NCBI GenBank assembly: GCA_964491735.1
Contig: CAZBHG010000001.1
Span: 1-54,424, forward strand
Length of the DNA: 54,424 nt
From: an uncultured Eubacteriales bacterium
GTDB lineage: Bacteria; Bacillota; Clostridia; Oscillospirales; Acutalibacteraceae
Direction of reading: 5' to 3'
Shown here: positions 25,630-35,995 of the stretch, one piece after another
Layout: each line of letters opens with the position of its first letter
Numbering within the stretch: the first letter of the stretch is position 1
Position numbers and translations under genes: made by a program
The notes under the pieces: model-generated
Database searches by the model: none
Told to the model about the DNA's origin: nothing
The model's input: the letters and a program-made list of their open reading frames with translations, nothing else

Positions 25630-26802
25630 TTGATAAAAAAGATTATATCAGTATTTATAATGTTATTGGCGTTTCCAATAGTTTGCTATGCTGCTGAACC
25701 GTCTGTTCAGGCTGAACCGTCTGTTTCAGCTAAATGCGTTGTACTCATGTGCGCCCAGACAGGTGAAATCCTTTATGGGAAAAATATGAATCAAAGACAG
25801 TCAATGGCAAGCACAACAAAAATAATGACGGCTCTTATTGCTCTTGAAGAAGGCTGCCCCGAAAAGGTTGTTAAAGCTTCAAAGGAAATGATAAGCGTTG
25901 AAGGCACATCTATGGGGCTTCTTGAGGGAGACAGCGTGACTTTGCGCACGTTGGTTTACGGGATGCTTCTCGCCAGCGGCAATGATGCGGCAAATGCAAC
26001 AGCCTGTACTGTCGCGGGGAGTTCAAAAAAGTTTGCAGAGCTTATGAATGAGCGTGCGGCTGAAATAGGCATGAAGAACACTCATTTTGTCACACCTTCG
26101 GGGCTTGACAATAAGGAGCACTATTCAACCGCATATGATATGGCTCTGCTGGCTTGTGAGGCAATAAAAAATGTTGAATTTCGCGCAATCTGTTCTTCAA
26201 CAAGCTCTAAGGTTTACTATGGCAATCCTCCTTATCAGAGGACAGTAGTAAACCACAACAGATTATTATATACCTACGATGGCTGTATCGGCGTGAAAAC
26301 CGGATTTACGAAAAAAAGCGGCAGATGCCTTGTTTCCGCGGCCGAGCGCGACGGCGTTACACTTGTTGCCGTGACTTTAAAAGACCCAAATGACTGGAAA
26401 GATCATGTGAAATTGCTTAACTACGGTTTTTCTCTTGTAAAAAAAGCCGAGCTTGATGAAGATTTGTCGGGTGTAAAATTAAAAGTTGTCGGCGGCAAAA
26501 AGTCCGCTTCTTCAGTAAAATGTGCGTTTGAGACCTCGACGGTCTGCAGTGTCAGTGATGAAGCTGAAATAACCAGAGTGGTGCTGATAAAACATTTCGA
26601 ATATGCGCCTGTAAGCGAAGGCAATGTTGCCGGCAGCGTAAGATATTACAGCGGTGAGATGCTTTTGTGCGAAGTGCCGATTGTGGTCTGTCAGAGCGTA
26701 GATGCGGTAAATCCGGAAAAACAGGAAAATGATAATGATGAAAGCAAAAGCTTTTGGGATAATATTATTGAGAAAATTAAGGATTTTTTCAGAAGGGGTT
26801 AA
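25630..26802 (+). CDS. dacB: D-alanyl-D-alanine carboxypeptidase (PBP5-type, S11)
   Basis: SMASTTKIMT (SxxK), LASGND (SxN) and VKTGFT (KTG) are present. A signal peptide follows the TTG start, which lies after AGGTGG. The 25582 start in the track would begin inside a hairpin. Confidence 0.8.
   Translation: MIKKIISVFIMLLAFPIVCYAAEPSVQAEPSVSAKCVVLMCAQTGEILYGKNMNQRQSMASTTKIMTALIALEEGCPEKVVKASKEMISVEGTSMGLLEGDSVTLRTLVYGMLLASGNDAANATACTVAGSSKKFAELMNERAAEIGMKNTHFVTPSGLDNKEHYSTAYDMALLACEAIKNVEFRAICSSTSSKVYYGNPPYQRTVVNHNRLLYTYDGCIGVKTGFTKKSGRCLVSAAERDGVTLVAVTLKDPNDWKDHVKLLNYGFSLVKKAELDEDLSGVKLKVVGGKKSASSVKCAFETSTVCSVSDEAEITRVVLIKHFEYAPVSEGNVAGSVRYYSGEMLLCEVPIVVCQSVDAVNPEKQENDNDESKSFWDNIIEKIKDFFRRG
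25693..25728 (+). repeat. In-frame 18-bp tandem duplication inside dacB
   Basis: GCTGAACCGTCTGTTCAG is followed by GCTGAACCGTCTGTTTCA. The first 15 nt are identical. The units encode AEPSVQ and AEPSVS just after the signal peptide. Confidence 0.85.
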
Positions 26803-26807
26803 AATAA

Positions 26808-27554
26808 ATGGCTGACAACGGCGAAAGACTTCAAAAATTTATCTCCGAATGCGGGGTCGCTTCGCGCAGAAAGGCTGAAGAGCTTATAAGCGAAGGCAAG
26901 GTTAAGGTCAACGGGAAAACAGCCGCAATTGGGGATAAAATTAATCCCAAGCATGATATAGTGACTGTCAGCGGCAAAAAAGTTACGAACATTTCAAAAC
27001 ATGTCTATATAATGCTTCATAAGCCGAGGGGTTTCGTCACAACGATGAATGACGAGCTTGGCAGGAAGTGCGTTGCACAGCTCGTATCCGATGTCAATGA
27101 GAGGATTTACCCTATTGGCAGGCTTGACAGGGAGTCCGAAGGGCTTCTGCTGATGACGAACGACGGGGAATTTGCCAACGCGATGATGCACCCTGCCCAC
27201 CATGTCTGCAAGAAATACCGTGTAACGATTCGCCCCGGAATTACTAAGGAACAAATTGAATTGATTCAGAACGGTGTTGAGCTTGAGGGCAGAATGACTG
27301 CACCGTGCGATGTCAGAGCACTCCAGAAGGAGGCTGACAAAATGGTTTTGGAAATCGACCTTTATGAAGGTAGGAACAGACAAATCAGAAAGGTCTGCGA
27401 AAAGCTTAATATAGAGGTCGCAAGGCTGAAAAGAACGGCTATCGGTCCTTTGAAGCTTGGCATGCTGCCCCAGGGCAAGTGGCGTGAGCTTACCATGGAA
27501 GAGGTCAATAAACTTATGGCATCCACGGCAAAAGGGAGTGAGAGAATTGATTGA
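26808..27554 (+). CDS. rluB: Pseudouridine synthase, RsuA/RluB family with an S4 domain
   Basis: RLQKFISECGVASRRKAEELI is the S4 domain and PIGRLDRESEGLLLMTNDG contains the catalytic Asp motif. Confidence 0.85.
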   Translation: MADNGERLQKFISECGVASRRKAEELISEGKVKVNGKTAAIGDKINPKHDIVTVSGKKVTNISKHVYIMLHKPRGFVTTMNDELGRKCVAQLVSDVNERIYPIGRLDRESEGLLLMTNDGEFANAMMHPAHHVCKKYRVTIRPGITKEQIELIQNGVELEGRMTAPCDVRALQKEADKMVLEIDLYEGRNRQIRKVCEKLNIEVARLKRTAIGPLKLGMLPQGKWRELTMEEVNKLMASTAKGSERID

Positions 27555-27912
27555 ATTTAAACCGATAATTGAATCGGACAAGCCTGAGTCAAAGAATGAC
27601 GATGGCATTTTCAGTTATGTTGCGCTTGAAGACGGTAAAACAGAGGTCGGCATGTGCTTTTCAAGACTTGAAGGCTATAATATGAATATAATCAGCGTCA
27701 AAGCGAATGACTCTGACAGCTTCATAATTGAAGGGCTGATAAGGTCTGCATTAAATTTTGGCGCAAACAGAGGAGCTTATATTGCGAAAATAACTGATAA
27801 TTCAGTATCAACTATTGCTGAGACTTTGGGTTTTAAAAATATTGACGGAATACTGACAGGTGAAATACCCGATTTACTGACCGGACATTGCTGCGCTGAT
27901 AAAAAACATTGA
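27538..27912 (+). CDS. Hypothetical ~124-aa protein
   Basis: The ORF runs VRELIEFKPIIESDK...LTGHCCADKKH. Possible starts are GTG 27538 after AAAGGGA, or TTG 27547. It overlaps the rluB stop. I recognise no family. Confidence 0.35.
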   Translation: MRELIEFKPIIESDKPESKNDDGIFSYVALEDGKTEVGMCFSRLEGYNMNIISVKANDSDSFIIEGLIRSALNFGANRGAYIAKITDNSVSTIAETLGFKNIDGILTGEIPDLLTGHCCADKKH

Positions 27913-27938
27913 CAAAGTGAACGAAAAATTGGTACAAT
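27909..27938 (+). promoter_or_regulatory. Sigma-A-type promoter with an extended -10, upstream of yicC-remA-gmk-rpoZ
   Basis: TTGACA lies at 27909-27914, followed by an 18-nt spacer ending in TGg, then TACAAT at 27933-27938. Confidence 0.5.
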
Positions 27939-27974
27939 ATAGGATAGGAATTTTGAAAACGAGGGCTTTAATAT

Positions 27975-28853
27975 ATGATTAGAAGTATGACCGGCTTTGG
28001 CAGGGCGCAGGAAACAGTTGATGGTTATGGCATTATTTGCGAGATAAAGAGCGTTAATCACCGCTATTTTGAATTTTCCTCCAAGATTACCCGTACATAC
28101 GGTTTTCTTGACGAAAAGCTGAAAAACTTTTTTCAGAGCAAAATCGGAAGGGGCAAGGTCGAGTGCTTTGTTCAGATTGACGCTATTGAAGAAAGCGACG
28201 TGGTCATCAATCTCAACCATTCAATAGTTTCCGGTTATTTAAAAACTTTCAATGAAATCTCGGAAAGATACGGGCTTGAAAATGACGTTACGGTTTCGAC
28301 CCTTTCAAGATATCCCGATATCTTTTCTATCCATAAAGAGCAAACCGATGAAGAGAGAATCTGGGAAGCTGTAAAAACCGTTGCTGCCTCGGCATATGAC
28401 AGATTCACTTCTATGAGAGAGGCAGAGGGCAAAAGGCTTACCGAAGACGTTCTCGCCCGAGCGGATGAGATAATTAAAAATGTTGAATTTATTGAAACAC
28501 GTTCGCCTGAAAGCGTTAAAGAATATAATGATAAGCTCCTGATAAAAATGAGAGAGTTTCTTGACGGCGCCCATGTCGATGAGCAGAGGATTCTGACCGA
28601 AGCCGCAATATTTGCGGACAAGGTTGCCGTTGCGGAAGAAACCGTCCGGCTTCGCAGCCATATTGACCAGCTTCGCGACTTTTTCAAGTCCGATGAAGCA
28701 ATAGGCAGGAAGATGGATTTTCTTATTCAGGAGATTAACCGTGAGGCAAATACAATCGGTTCAAAGGCTCAGGACGTTGAGATTGCCCGCAGGGTGCTGG
28801 AGATAAAAGCTGAGATTGAAAAAATCCGTGAGCAGATTCAGAATATTGAATAG
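27975..28853 (+). CDS. yicC: YicC/YloC-family endoribonuclease
   Basis: The N-terminus is MIRSMTGFGRA. The C-terminal DUF1732-like region shows GRKMDFLIQEINREANTIGSK. Confidence 0.85.
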   Translation: MIRSMTGFGRAQETVDGYGIICEIKSVNHRYFEFSSKITRTYGFLDEKLKNFFQSKIGRGKVECFVQIDAIEESDVVINLNHSIVSGYLKTFNEISERYGLENDVTVSTLSRYPDIFSIHKEQTDEERIWEAVKTVAASAYDRFTSMREAEGKRLTEDVLARADEIIKNVEFIETRSPESVKEYNDKLLIKMREFLDGAHVDEQRILTEAAIFADKVAVAEETVRLRSHIDQLRDFFKSDEAIGRKMDFLIQEINREANTIGSKAQDVEIARRVLEIKAEIEKIREQIQNIE

Positions 28854-28874
28854 TATTTGGGGAGGCGTTCGCAA

Positions 28875-29150
28875 ATGAAACTTATTAACATAGGATTTGG
28901 CAACATGGTTAATGCTTCAAGGCTCGTTGCAATTGTCAGCCCCGAATCCGCTCCGATAAAAAGGATTATTCAGGACTCAAAAGAGAGAGGGACTTTAATT
29001 GATGCCACTCACGGCAGGCGGACAAGGGCGGTTATTATTACCGACAGCGACCATGTGATTCTCACCTATCTGCAATCCGAAACAGTTGCAAATCGTTTGA
29101 ATGATGAAGCTGACGATATAGGCATTGAGGAGGCGGAAAATGAAGATTGA
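28875..29150 (+). CDS. remA: RemA/DUF370-family regulator
   Basis: [33 protein letters not shown] ... [18 protein letters not shown]. The gene sits between yicC and gmk. Confidence 0.85.
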   Translation: MKLINIGFGNMVNASRLVAIVSPESAPIKRIIQDSKERGTLIDATHGRRTRAVIITDSDHVILTYLQSETVANRLNDEADDIGIEEAENED

Positions 29151-29757
29151 GCGACAAGGATTATTGATTATTCTTTCCGGCCCTTCCGGTTCAGGTAAAG
29201 ATACAGTTTTGAATGAGCTTTCAAAGCAGGATGACGATATCAAAATTTCAATATCCCTTACGACAAGACCTAAAAGGGATTGGGAGATTGACGGAGTTCA
29301 TTATTATTTCGTAAATGAAAATTACTTTTTAAGAAAAATTGAATGTAATCAGATTCTCGAATATGCGGTATACAACAACAATTATTACGGAACGCCGAAA
29401 TCAATAATAGACCAATGGCTTGAAAACGGTGAAACCGTAATATTAAAAATTGAGGTTAAGGGAGCTCAGAAGATAAGAGAGCTTTATCCGGATGCTGTAA
29501 GTATCTTTCTTATGCCGCCTACTATGAAGATTCTCAAAGAGAGGCTTTTCAAGCGTGAATCTGAGAATAGTGAAGAAATTCTCAAAAGGCTTTCAATTGC
29601 CGGCGAAGAGATAAAACGCGCAACCGAATATAATTATATTGTTGTAAACGATTTACTTGACTATGCTGTCAGCGATATCAGAGCAATTATCAGGGCAGAA
29701 AGGCAGAGCTCCTCCAGATTAAAATATTTGATAAATGAGGTAATTGAAAATGATTAA
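29140..29757 (+). CDS. gmk: Guanylate kinase
   Basis: The P-loop is [17 protein letters not shown] and YYGTP are also present. Confidence 0.9.
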   Translation: MKIERQGLLIILSGPSGSGKDTVLNELSKQDDDIKISISLTTRPKRDWEIDGVHYYFVNENYFLRKIECNQILEYAVYNNNYYGTPKSIIDQWLENGETVILKIEVKGAQKIRELYPDAVSIFLMPPTMKILKERLFKRESENSEEILKRLSIAGEEIKRATEYNYIVVNDLLDYAVSDIRAIIRAERQSSSRLKYLINEVIEND

Positions 29758-29959
29758 TAACGATTTGAGCAAAGTATTAAAGGGACACATAAGCAGATAT
29801 TCTCTTGTTACGGCAACGGCAAAACGCGCCAGAATTATCGCTGAAGAGGCAGAAGAGAACAGAACTATTATGATGGAAAAGCCGGTCAGTCTCGCAATCA
29901 ATGAGATTATTGATGGTAAATACAGAATTATTGAGCCTGAGGAAATCAGGAATATCTGA
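29750..29959 (+). CDS. rpoZ: DNA-directed RNA polymerase subunit omega
   Basis: SRYSLVTATAKRARII is present. The gene follows gmk. Confidence 0.85.
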   Translation: MINNDLSKVLKGHISRYSLVTATAKRARIIAEEAEENRTIMMEKPVSLAINEIIDGKYRIIEPEEIRNI

Positions 29960-29982
29960 AATCAGTTTCAAGGGGTGATTAT

Positions 29983-32457
29983 ATGCCAACGCTCAACATA
30001 GCCAGAGTTGCTGTTGAAAACACGGCTTATCACTTCGACAAGCTTTTTGACTATCTGATTGATGACAGATTTCTTGACACGGCAAAACCGGGCTGCCGCG
30101 TGACCGTTCCATTCGGCAATGGCAACAGGCAGCGTTTAGGAATTATTTTTGAGGTCTGCGAAATCAGTGAGCAGGAGCTACAAAACGGAATCAAAAAAAT
30201 TGCGGCGGTGCTTGACGAAGCATCGCTTATTAATAATGAACTGTTAGAGCTTGCATTGTGGCTCAAGGACAGAACATTCTGCACGCTTTTTGAAGCCGCA
30301 AAGGCTCTTTTGCCTTCCGGTGTCAATCATAAGATACAAACATCCTACGCCGCGGTTCCTTTGAAGGATTCGGGGGAAAACATGAATCTTTCTGCCGATG
30401 AGCAGAATATATACGACTATCTTTTGCGGCGCGGCGGCTATGTTAAGCTATCAAAGCTTCTTGACACTATGGGTTTAGAAATGTCTAGCCCTCTGCCTGA
30501 AAATCTCGTAAAAAAAGGGCTGCTGCTGCGTAACTTCGATGCTGTCAGGAACATAGGGGATTTGACCGTAAAAATGGTGCGTCTTTCTCCTTCTCTTGCG
30601 GATGAGTTTGAAAGGCTGCCAAAGCTCACAAAAAAGCAGAATAGTATTGTTGAGCTGCTGAGTGACATCGGTTCCGCCTCCGTCAAGGAGGTTTGTTATT
30701 TTACAGGGCTGACACCGTCGGTAACAGCGTCCCTCGAAAAAAAAGGAATTGTCGAATTCTTTGAAAACGAGGTTTACCGAAATCCATATGAGAATAACAA
30801 TATTCAGCCCGATTGCAAACCTATTGAACTGACGGAAAAGCAGAATGAAATCTATTCTAATCTTATTAATCAATACAGAAACGGCGCAGGTGCATCCCTG
30901 CTCTTCGGTGTTACGGGCAGCGGCAAAACACTTGTCTACCTTCGCCTGATTGATGATATAATAATAAACGGTGACGGCGTTATACTAATGGTGCCTGAAA
31001 TTTCTCTGACACCTCAGACACTCAGACTGTTTCACGGTCGATACGGAAAAAATGTGGCTGTCTTTCACAGCGCTCTTTCCGTCGGTGAAAGGCTTGATGA
31101 ATGGAAAAGAGTTAAAAGGGGAGAGGTGCAGATTGTTGTCGGCACAAGGTCTGCCGTATTTGCACCGTTTGAAAAAATCGGGCTTATAATAATTGATGAA
31201 GAGCAGGAGCATACATATAAATCGGAATCAACGCCGAGATACAGCGCAAAGGACGTCGCACGTTTCAGATGTGCAAAGCATAAAGCTCTCCTGCTGCTTG
31301 CGTCGGCAACACCGAGCCTTGAAAGCTATGCAGCGGCCGTCAAGGGAAGATATACGCTAAATGTATTGGATGAACGTTACGGAGATGCAATTCTGCCCCA
31401 GGTCATTACTGTGGATATGTGTGAAGAGAGGCAAAACGGAAACTTGTCCTCACTGAGCACTGCGCTTGTCGAAGCTTTGAGGCAAAATCTTGAAGACGGT
31501 CATCAGTCGATTCTGTTAATTAACCGCAGAGGATATAACACCTTCGCTTCTTGCCATGACTGCGGTCATGTTATTACCTGCCCGTCGTGCAGCATTTCTC
31601 TTACATATCACCATGCAAACGGGAGGCTCATGTGCCACTATTGCGGTTATTCCGCTCCGTTCACTTCAACCTGTACAGTTTGCGGCAAGGATTCCGTTAA
31701 ATATTCGGGTTACGGCACGCAGAAAGTTGAGGATGAACTGTCTGAGCTTTTGCCGCAGGCCAGAATTCTGCGTATGGATACCGATACAACAATGGCAAAA
31801 TTTTCGCATGAAACCAAGCTTGAAACATTTGCCAAGCATCAATATGACGTTTTGCTCGGCACCCAAATGGTTGCAAAGGGGTTGGATTTTGAAAACGTAA
31901 CGCTTGTGGGTGTCGTTTCGGTTGACCAGCAGCTTTATAACGACGATTACAGAAGCCTTGAGCGTACCTTTGATTTGCTGACGCAGGTTGTAGGGCGCGC
32001 GGGCAGGGGTCAATATGAGGGCAAGGCTATAATTCAGACATTGACGCCTGAAAACGAAATCATAAACCTTGCGGCAAAGCAGGATTTTGAGTCGTTTTTT
32101 AATTCCGAGATAAAAATCAGAAAAATGCTCATTTACCCGCCATTTTGCGATATTTGCGTTATAGGTCTTTTGTGTGATGAAGAACTGTTTGTCAGGGCAG
32201 GAGCAAAACGGATGCTTGAACTTATTCAGAAGTATTCTGCGGAAAAATATAAGAATGAAAAGATTATTGTTCTGGGTCCTATGCCTGCACGCATTGCGAA
32301 AATCAGCAACAAATACAGATACAGGCTGATTATTAAATGCCATAATACAGTTGATTTCAGAAAGATGATTTCAGAAATTCTTTGTGAATTCGGAAAAGAT
32401 ACAAAATTTAGCAAGGTTTCAGCATATGCTGATATGGACCCTGAGAGCATACTATAA
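29983..32457 (+). CDS. priA: Primosomal protein N' (replication restart helicase)
   Basis: Walker A is GVTGSGKT and the DEEQE box is present. The Cys-rich zinc insertion reads CHDCGHVITCPSCSISLTYH...CHYCG...CTVCG. Confidence 0.9.
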   Translation: MPTLNIARVAVENTAYHFDKLFDYLIDDRFLDTAKPGCRVTVPFGNGNRQRLGIIFEVCEISEQELQNGIKKIAAVLDEASLINNELLELALWLKDRTFCTLFEAAKALLPSGVNHKIQTSYAAVPLKDSGENMNLSADEQNIYDYLLRRGGYVKLSKLLDTMGLEMSSPLPENLVKKGLLLRNFDAVRNIGDLTVKMVRLSPSLADEFERLPKLTKKQNSIVELLSDIGSASVKEVCYFTGLTPSVTASLEKKGIVEFFENEVYRNPYENNNIQPDCKPIELTEKQNEIYSNLINQYRNGAGASLLFGVTGSGKTLVYLRLIDDIIINGDGVILMVPEISLTPQTLRLFHGRYGKNVAVFHSALSVGERLDEWKRVKRGEVQIVVGTRSAVFAPFEKIGLIIIDEEQEHTYKSESTPRYSAKDVARFRCAKHKALLLLASATPSLESYAAAVKGRYTLNVLDERYGDAILPQVITVDMCEERQNGNLSSLSTALVEALRQNLEDGHQSILLINRRGYNTFASCHDCGHVITCPSCSISLTYHHANGRLMCHYCGYSAPFTSTCTVCGKDSVKYSGYGTQKVEDELSELLPQARILRMDTDTTMAKFSHETKLETFAKHQYDVLLGTQMVAKGLDFENVTLVGVVSVDQQLYNDDYRSLERTFDLLTQVVGRAGRGQYEGKAIIQTLTPENEIINLAAKQDFESFFNSEIKIRKMLIYPPFCDICVIGLLCDEELFVRAGAKRMLELIQKYSAEKYKNEKIIVLGPMPARIAKISNKYRYRLIIKCHNTVDFRKMISEILCEFGKDTKFSKVSAYADMDPESIL

Positions 32458-32482
32458 TTGAATTATAATAGGAGATGCAAAA

Positions 32483-32932
32483 ATGGCTTACAGAAATATT
32501 GTTAAAAAAGGTGACCCGATACTCAATAAAACAAGCCGTAAGGTTGAAACTTTTGATAATAAGCTTCACACCTTGCTTGATGATATGAGAGAGACGCTGT
32601 ATAGGGAAAACGGCGTCGGCCTTGCCGCTGTCCAGGTCGGAGTTCTCAAACGAGTTGTAGTGATTGATGTCGGAGAAGGTATTATTGAGCTTGTGAACCC
32701 GGAAATAATATACACTGAGGGCGTTCAGGAGGTCGCTGAAGGCTGCCTTTCTCTCCCGGGGGAATATGGTGTTACATCAAGGCCTGCCATTGTAAAGGTC
32801 AAGGCGCAAAACAGGGACGGTCAGTGGTTCGTATATAAGGGCGAGGAAATAAAGGCTCGCTGCTTTTGCCATGAAATAGATCACCTTGATGGCATACTTT
32901 TTACTTCACATGTCATAAGACCGGCCGATTAA
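32483..32932 (+). CDS. def: Peptide deformylase
   Basis: GVGLAAVQVG, EGCLSLPG and HEIDHLDG are present. Confidence 0.9.
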   Translation: MAYRNIVKKGDPILNKTSRKVETFDNKLHTLLDDMRETLYRENGVGLAAVQVGVLKRVVVIDVGEGIIELVNPEIIYTEGVQEVAEGCLSLPGEYGVTSRPAIVKVKAQNRDGQWFVYKGEEIKARCFCHEIDHLDGILFTSHVIRPAD

Positions 32933-32942
32933 GGAGAAAAAT

Positions 32943-33875
32943 ATGAACATTGTTTTTATGGGTACCCCGGATTTTGCAGTTCCATGCTTTAAAAGGCTGA
33001 TTGCGGACGGGCATAATGTTTTAGCTGCATTTACTCAGCCGGATAAACCCAAGGGCAGAGGACACTTAATGGCGCCTCCCGAGGTCAAGTCTGCGGCACT
33101 CGAAAACAATATTCCGGTTTATCAGCCCTTATCATTTAAAAATGACGACACGTTTGAAATCCTTGAAAAATTAAACCCTGAGCTTATTGTCGTTGTTGCC
33201 TATGGAAAAATTCTTCCCGCAAGGGTTTTGAATCTTCCCAAATTTGGCTGCATAAATATTCATGCGTCTATTCTTCCTCAATACAGGGGGGCGGCGCCGA
33301 TTCAGCGGGCTGTTTTAAATGGCGAAAAGACCACAGGCATAACATCACAGAAGATGGATGTTGGGATTGATACAGGCGATATTCTGATTAAGGCTCAAAC
33401 CGAAATCGGTGAAAACGAAACATCTGAGGAGCTTTGGGACAGACTTTCGGCGCTTGGCGCGATGGTGTTGTCCGAAACGGTAGAAGGTATTATAAAAGGT
33501 ACATTAAAACCGGAAAAGCAGGATGACAGCCTTGCGACCTACGCCTCAATGCTGACTAAGGATTTATGCCCGATTGACTGGAGCAAGCCCGCTCAAACCG
33601 TTCATAATCAAATCAGAGGCTTAAATTCATGGCCGGTCGCTACGTTTTTGTGCAGCGAAAAAAAACTGAAGGTATATAATTCGCTGCTTTGTGATTTTGA
33701 TGCAAAAGGTGCCGCTTCAGGTGAGGTTGTCGCTTCTGACGGCAGGCTTGTTGTCGCCTGCGGTGACGGCAAATGCATTGAAATATTAATACTGCAGGCG
33801 GAGGGCAAAAGAGCAATGTCCGCCGCCGAGTATTTGAGGGGCTGCAAAATTGAGAAGGGTACAATACTCAAATAG
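32943..33875 (+). CDS. fmt: Methionyl-tRNA formyltransferase
   Basis: IVFMGTPDFAVP and INIHASILPQYRGAAPIQ are present. Confidence 0.9.
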   Translation: MNIVFMGTPDFAVPCFKRLIADGHNVLAAFTQPDKPKGRGHLMAPPEVKSAALENNIPVYQPLSFKNDDTFEILEKLNPELIVVVAYGKILPARVLNLPKFGCINIHASILPQYRGAAPIQRAVLNGEKTTGITSQKMDVGIDTGDILIKAQTEIGENETSEELWDRLSALGAMVLSETVEGIIKGTLKPEKQDDSLATYASMLTKDLCPIDWSKPAQTVHNQIRGLNSWPVATFLCSEKKLKVYNSLLCDFDAKGAASGEVVASDGRLVVACGDGKCIEILILQAEGKRAMSAAEYLRGCKIEKGTILK

Positions 33876-33974
33876 CGTAAAACCCCGGTTGCGTTTAGAA
33901 AAATAAGCATAGCTTGTCTATTGCTCGGTCAGGAGTTCAGGCTGCGCTAATATTATATTAAAGGGTAGAATATT

Positions 33975-34664
33975 ATGGGATGGATGTATTTTGATATTTA
34001 TTATCTTGTTTTGGTAGTGCCTGCACTAATTTTTGCCGTCGCAATGCAGGCAAAGGTTAAAAGAACTTATGCGGGCTTTTCTCAGGTCAGAAACAGCAGG
34101 GGGCTGACAGGCGAGCAGGCGGCTATGCGTATTCTTTATCATTACGGTGTCAACGATGTCAGCGTAGAAAGAGTCGCGGGCAAACTGACCGACCATTATG
34201 ACCCAAAAACTAAGGTAATAAGGCTCTCAGAAGGAGTCTTCGACAGCACATCGGTTGCGGCAGTCGGTATTGCCTGCCACGAGGCAGGTCATGCGGCACA
34301 GCATGCAGAAAGCTATGTGCCGGTAAAAATAAGAAATGCGATTTTGCCTGTCTGCAACATTGGCTCACGAATCGGTTTGCCCATTGCAATATTGGGCTAT
34401 TTCATGGGTTTTGAGCCGCTGATTTCAATCGGCCTGCTTTTATATGCGCTTATTGCCGTTTTTCAGTTTGTCACTCTTCCCGTTGAATTCAATGCAAGCA
34501 AAAGAGCCGTTGCTGTCATGGAAGAGGACGGAATGCTATTTGATGAGGAGCTTTACGGAGCAAAAAAGGTTTTAACGGCGGCGGCAATGACTTATGTTGC
34601 GGCTCTTGCCGTTACCCTTGCAAACCTGCTCAGGCTATTATTAAGGTTTAACAGGAATAGGTGA
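33975..34664 (+). CDS. YugP-like membrane zinc metallopeptidase
   Basis: HEAGHAAQH (HExxH) is flanked by TM segments. This gene is commonly found between fmt and rsmB in Clostridia. Confidence 0.75.
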   Translation: MGWMYFDIYYLVLVVPALIFAVAMQAKVKRTYAGFSQVRNSRGLTGEQAAMRILYHYGVNDVSVERVAGKLTDHYDPKTKVIRLSEGVFDSTSVAAVGIACHEAGHAAQHAESYVPVKIRNAILPVCNIGSRIGLPIAILGYFMGFEPLISIGLLLYALIAVFQFVTLPVEFNASKRAVAVMEEDGMLFDEELYGAKKVLTAAAMTYVAALAVTLANLLRLLLRFNRNR

Positions 34665-34668
34665 TTTT

Positions 34669-35991
34669 GTGAAGAACGCAAGGCAGACTGCCTTCGAAAT
34701 TCTCTTAAAACTTTATAGAAACAATGCCTATTCTAATTTGGCTATAAACAGTGCACTTACGGAAAGCGAGCTTTCACAGCGTGACTCTTCCCTTGTAAGT
34801 GCTTTGGTTTACGGTGTTATTGAAAGGCAGATAACAATTGATTACACTCTGAGCCTGTATCTTTCACAGCCGGTGAAAAAGCTCAGACCAGAAGTGCTGA
34901 TATCGCTCAGGCTTGGAGTGTTTCAGCTTTTGTTTTTGGATAGAATACCGACCTCGGCGGCGATAAACGAAAGCGTCAATTTGGTCAAGCAGAACCATTG
35001 TTCATTTGCTTCGGGGCTTGTAAATGCGGTTCTCCGCAAGGTTGATTCAAACGGTTTAAAGCTGCCCGATAAAGCCAATAATTTTTTTGAATATTACAGT
35101 ATTGCGTATTCCTGCCCCGAATGGCTTGTTAAGCTTTGGTGCGACACCTACGGAGAGGAAAATGCAGTCGGCATTATGTCGTGCTCACTTGGCGGCGCGC
35201 CGACTGTTTTAAGAGTCAACACATTAAAAACGACAACAAAAGGTCTTGTCGAAATGCTGGCGGACGAGGGCGTTGAGGCTGTCGAGTGCCATGAGGTTGA
35301 GAATGCTGTTGCGGTTGAAAAAATCGGAAATATCGAACAGCTTGAAGCCTATAAACTCGGTTATTTTCATGTTCAGGATATTGCCTCACAGCTATGCTGC
35401 AAGGCTCTGGGCGTTAAAAACGGCGAAACAGTGTACGACATGTGTTCTGCTCCCGGGGGTAAGGCTTTCACCCTTGCCGAAGAAATGGGCAATACGGGCA
35501 AAATTTTTGCCTTTGATATTTATCCCGCAAGAGTCGAACTAATTGAAAAAGGTGTAAAGCGGTTGGGCTTTACAGACATTTTTGCCGCTTTAGGGGATGC
35601 GTTAAAATTTAATGACAATTTAGAAAAATCAGACAGAATTTTATGCGATGTGCCGTGTTCTGGGCTTGGTATTATCCGAAAAAAGCCTGAAATTCGCTAT
35701 AAAATTCCTCTAGATATTGACAAATTGCCGAATTTACAGTATCTTATACTTTGTAATGCTTCAAGATATCTAAAAAACGGTGGAATATTGATATATTCAA
35801 CCTGCACTTTAAACCGTAAGGAAAATGAGGATGTCTGCGACAGGTTTTTATCAGAACACCCGACGTTTAAGTCAGTGAAAGTCCTTGAAGATGTACCCGG
35901 ATATGAGACAAGCGGTAATTATGTGACACTTATGCCACATATCAACAATTCTGACGGCTTCTTTATAGCCGCTTTCAGCGAAACGGAGTGA
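34669..35991 (+). CDS. rsmB: 16S rRNA (cytosine967-C5)-methyltransferase
   Basis: It has a NusB-like N-terminal domain. DMCSAPGGK, DVPCSGLG and YSTCT are present. The start is GTG. Confidence 0.85.
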   Translation: MKNARQTAFEILLKLYRNNAYSNLAINSALTESELSQRDSSLVSALVYGVIERQITIDYTLSLYLSQPVKKLRPEVLISLRLGVFQLLFLDRIPTSAAINESVNLVKQNHCSFASGLVNAVLRKVDSNGLKLPDKANNFFEYYSIAYSCPEWLVKLWCDTYGEENAVGIMSCSLGGAPTVLRVNTLKTTTKGLVEMLADEGVEAVECHEVENAVAVEKIGNIEQLEAYKLGYFHVQDIASQLCCKALGVKNGETVYDMCSAPGGKAFTLAEEMGNTGKIFAFDIYPARVELIEKGVKRLGFTDIFAALGDALKFNDNLEKSDRILCDVPCSGLGIIRKKPEIRYKIPLDIDKLPNLQYLILCNASRYLKNGGILIYSTCTLNRKENEDVCDRFLSEHPTFKSVKVLEDVPGYETSGNYVTLMPHINNSDGFFIAAFSETE

Positions 35992-35995
35992 CAAT

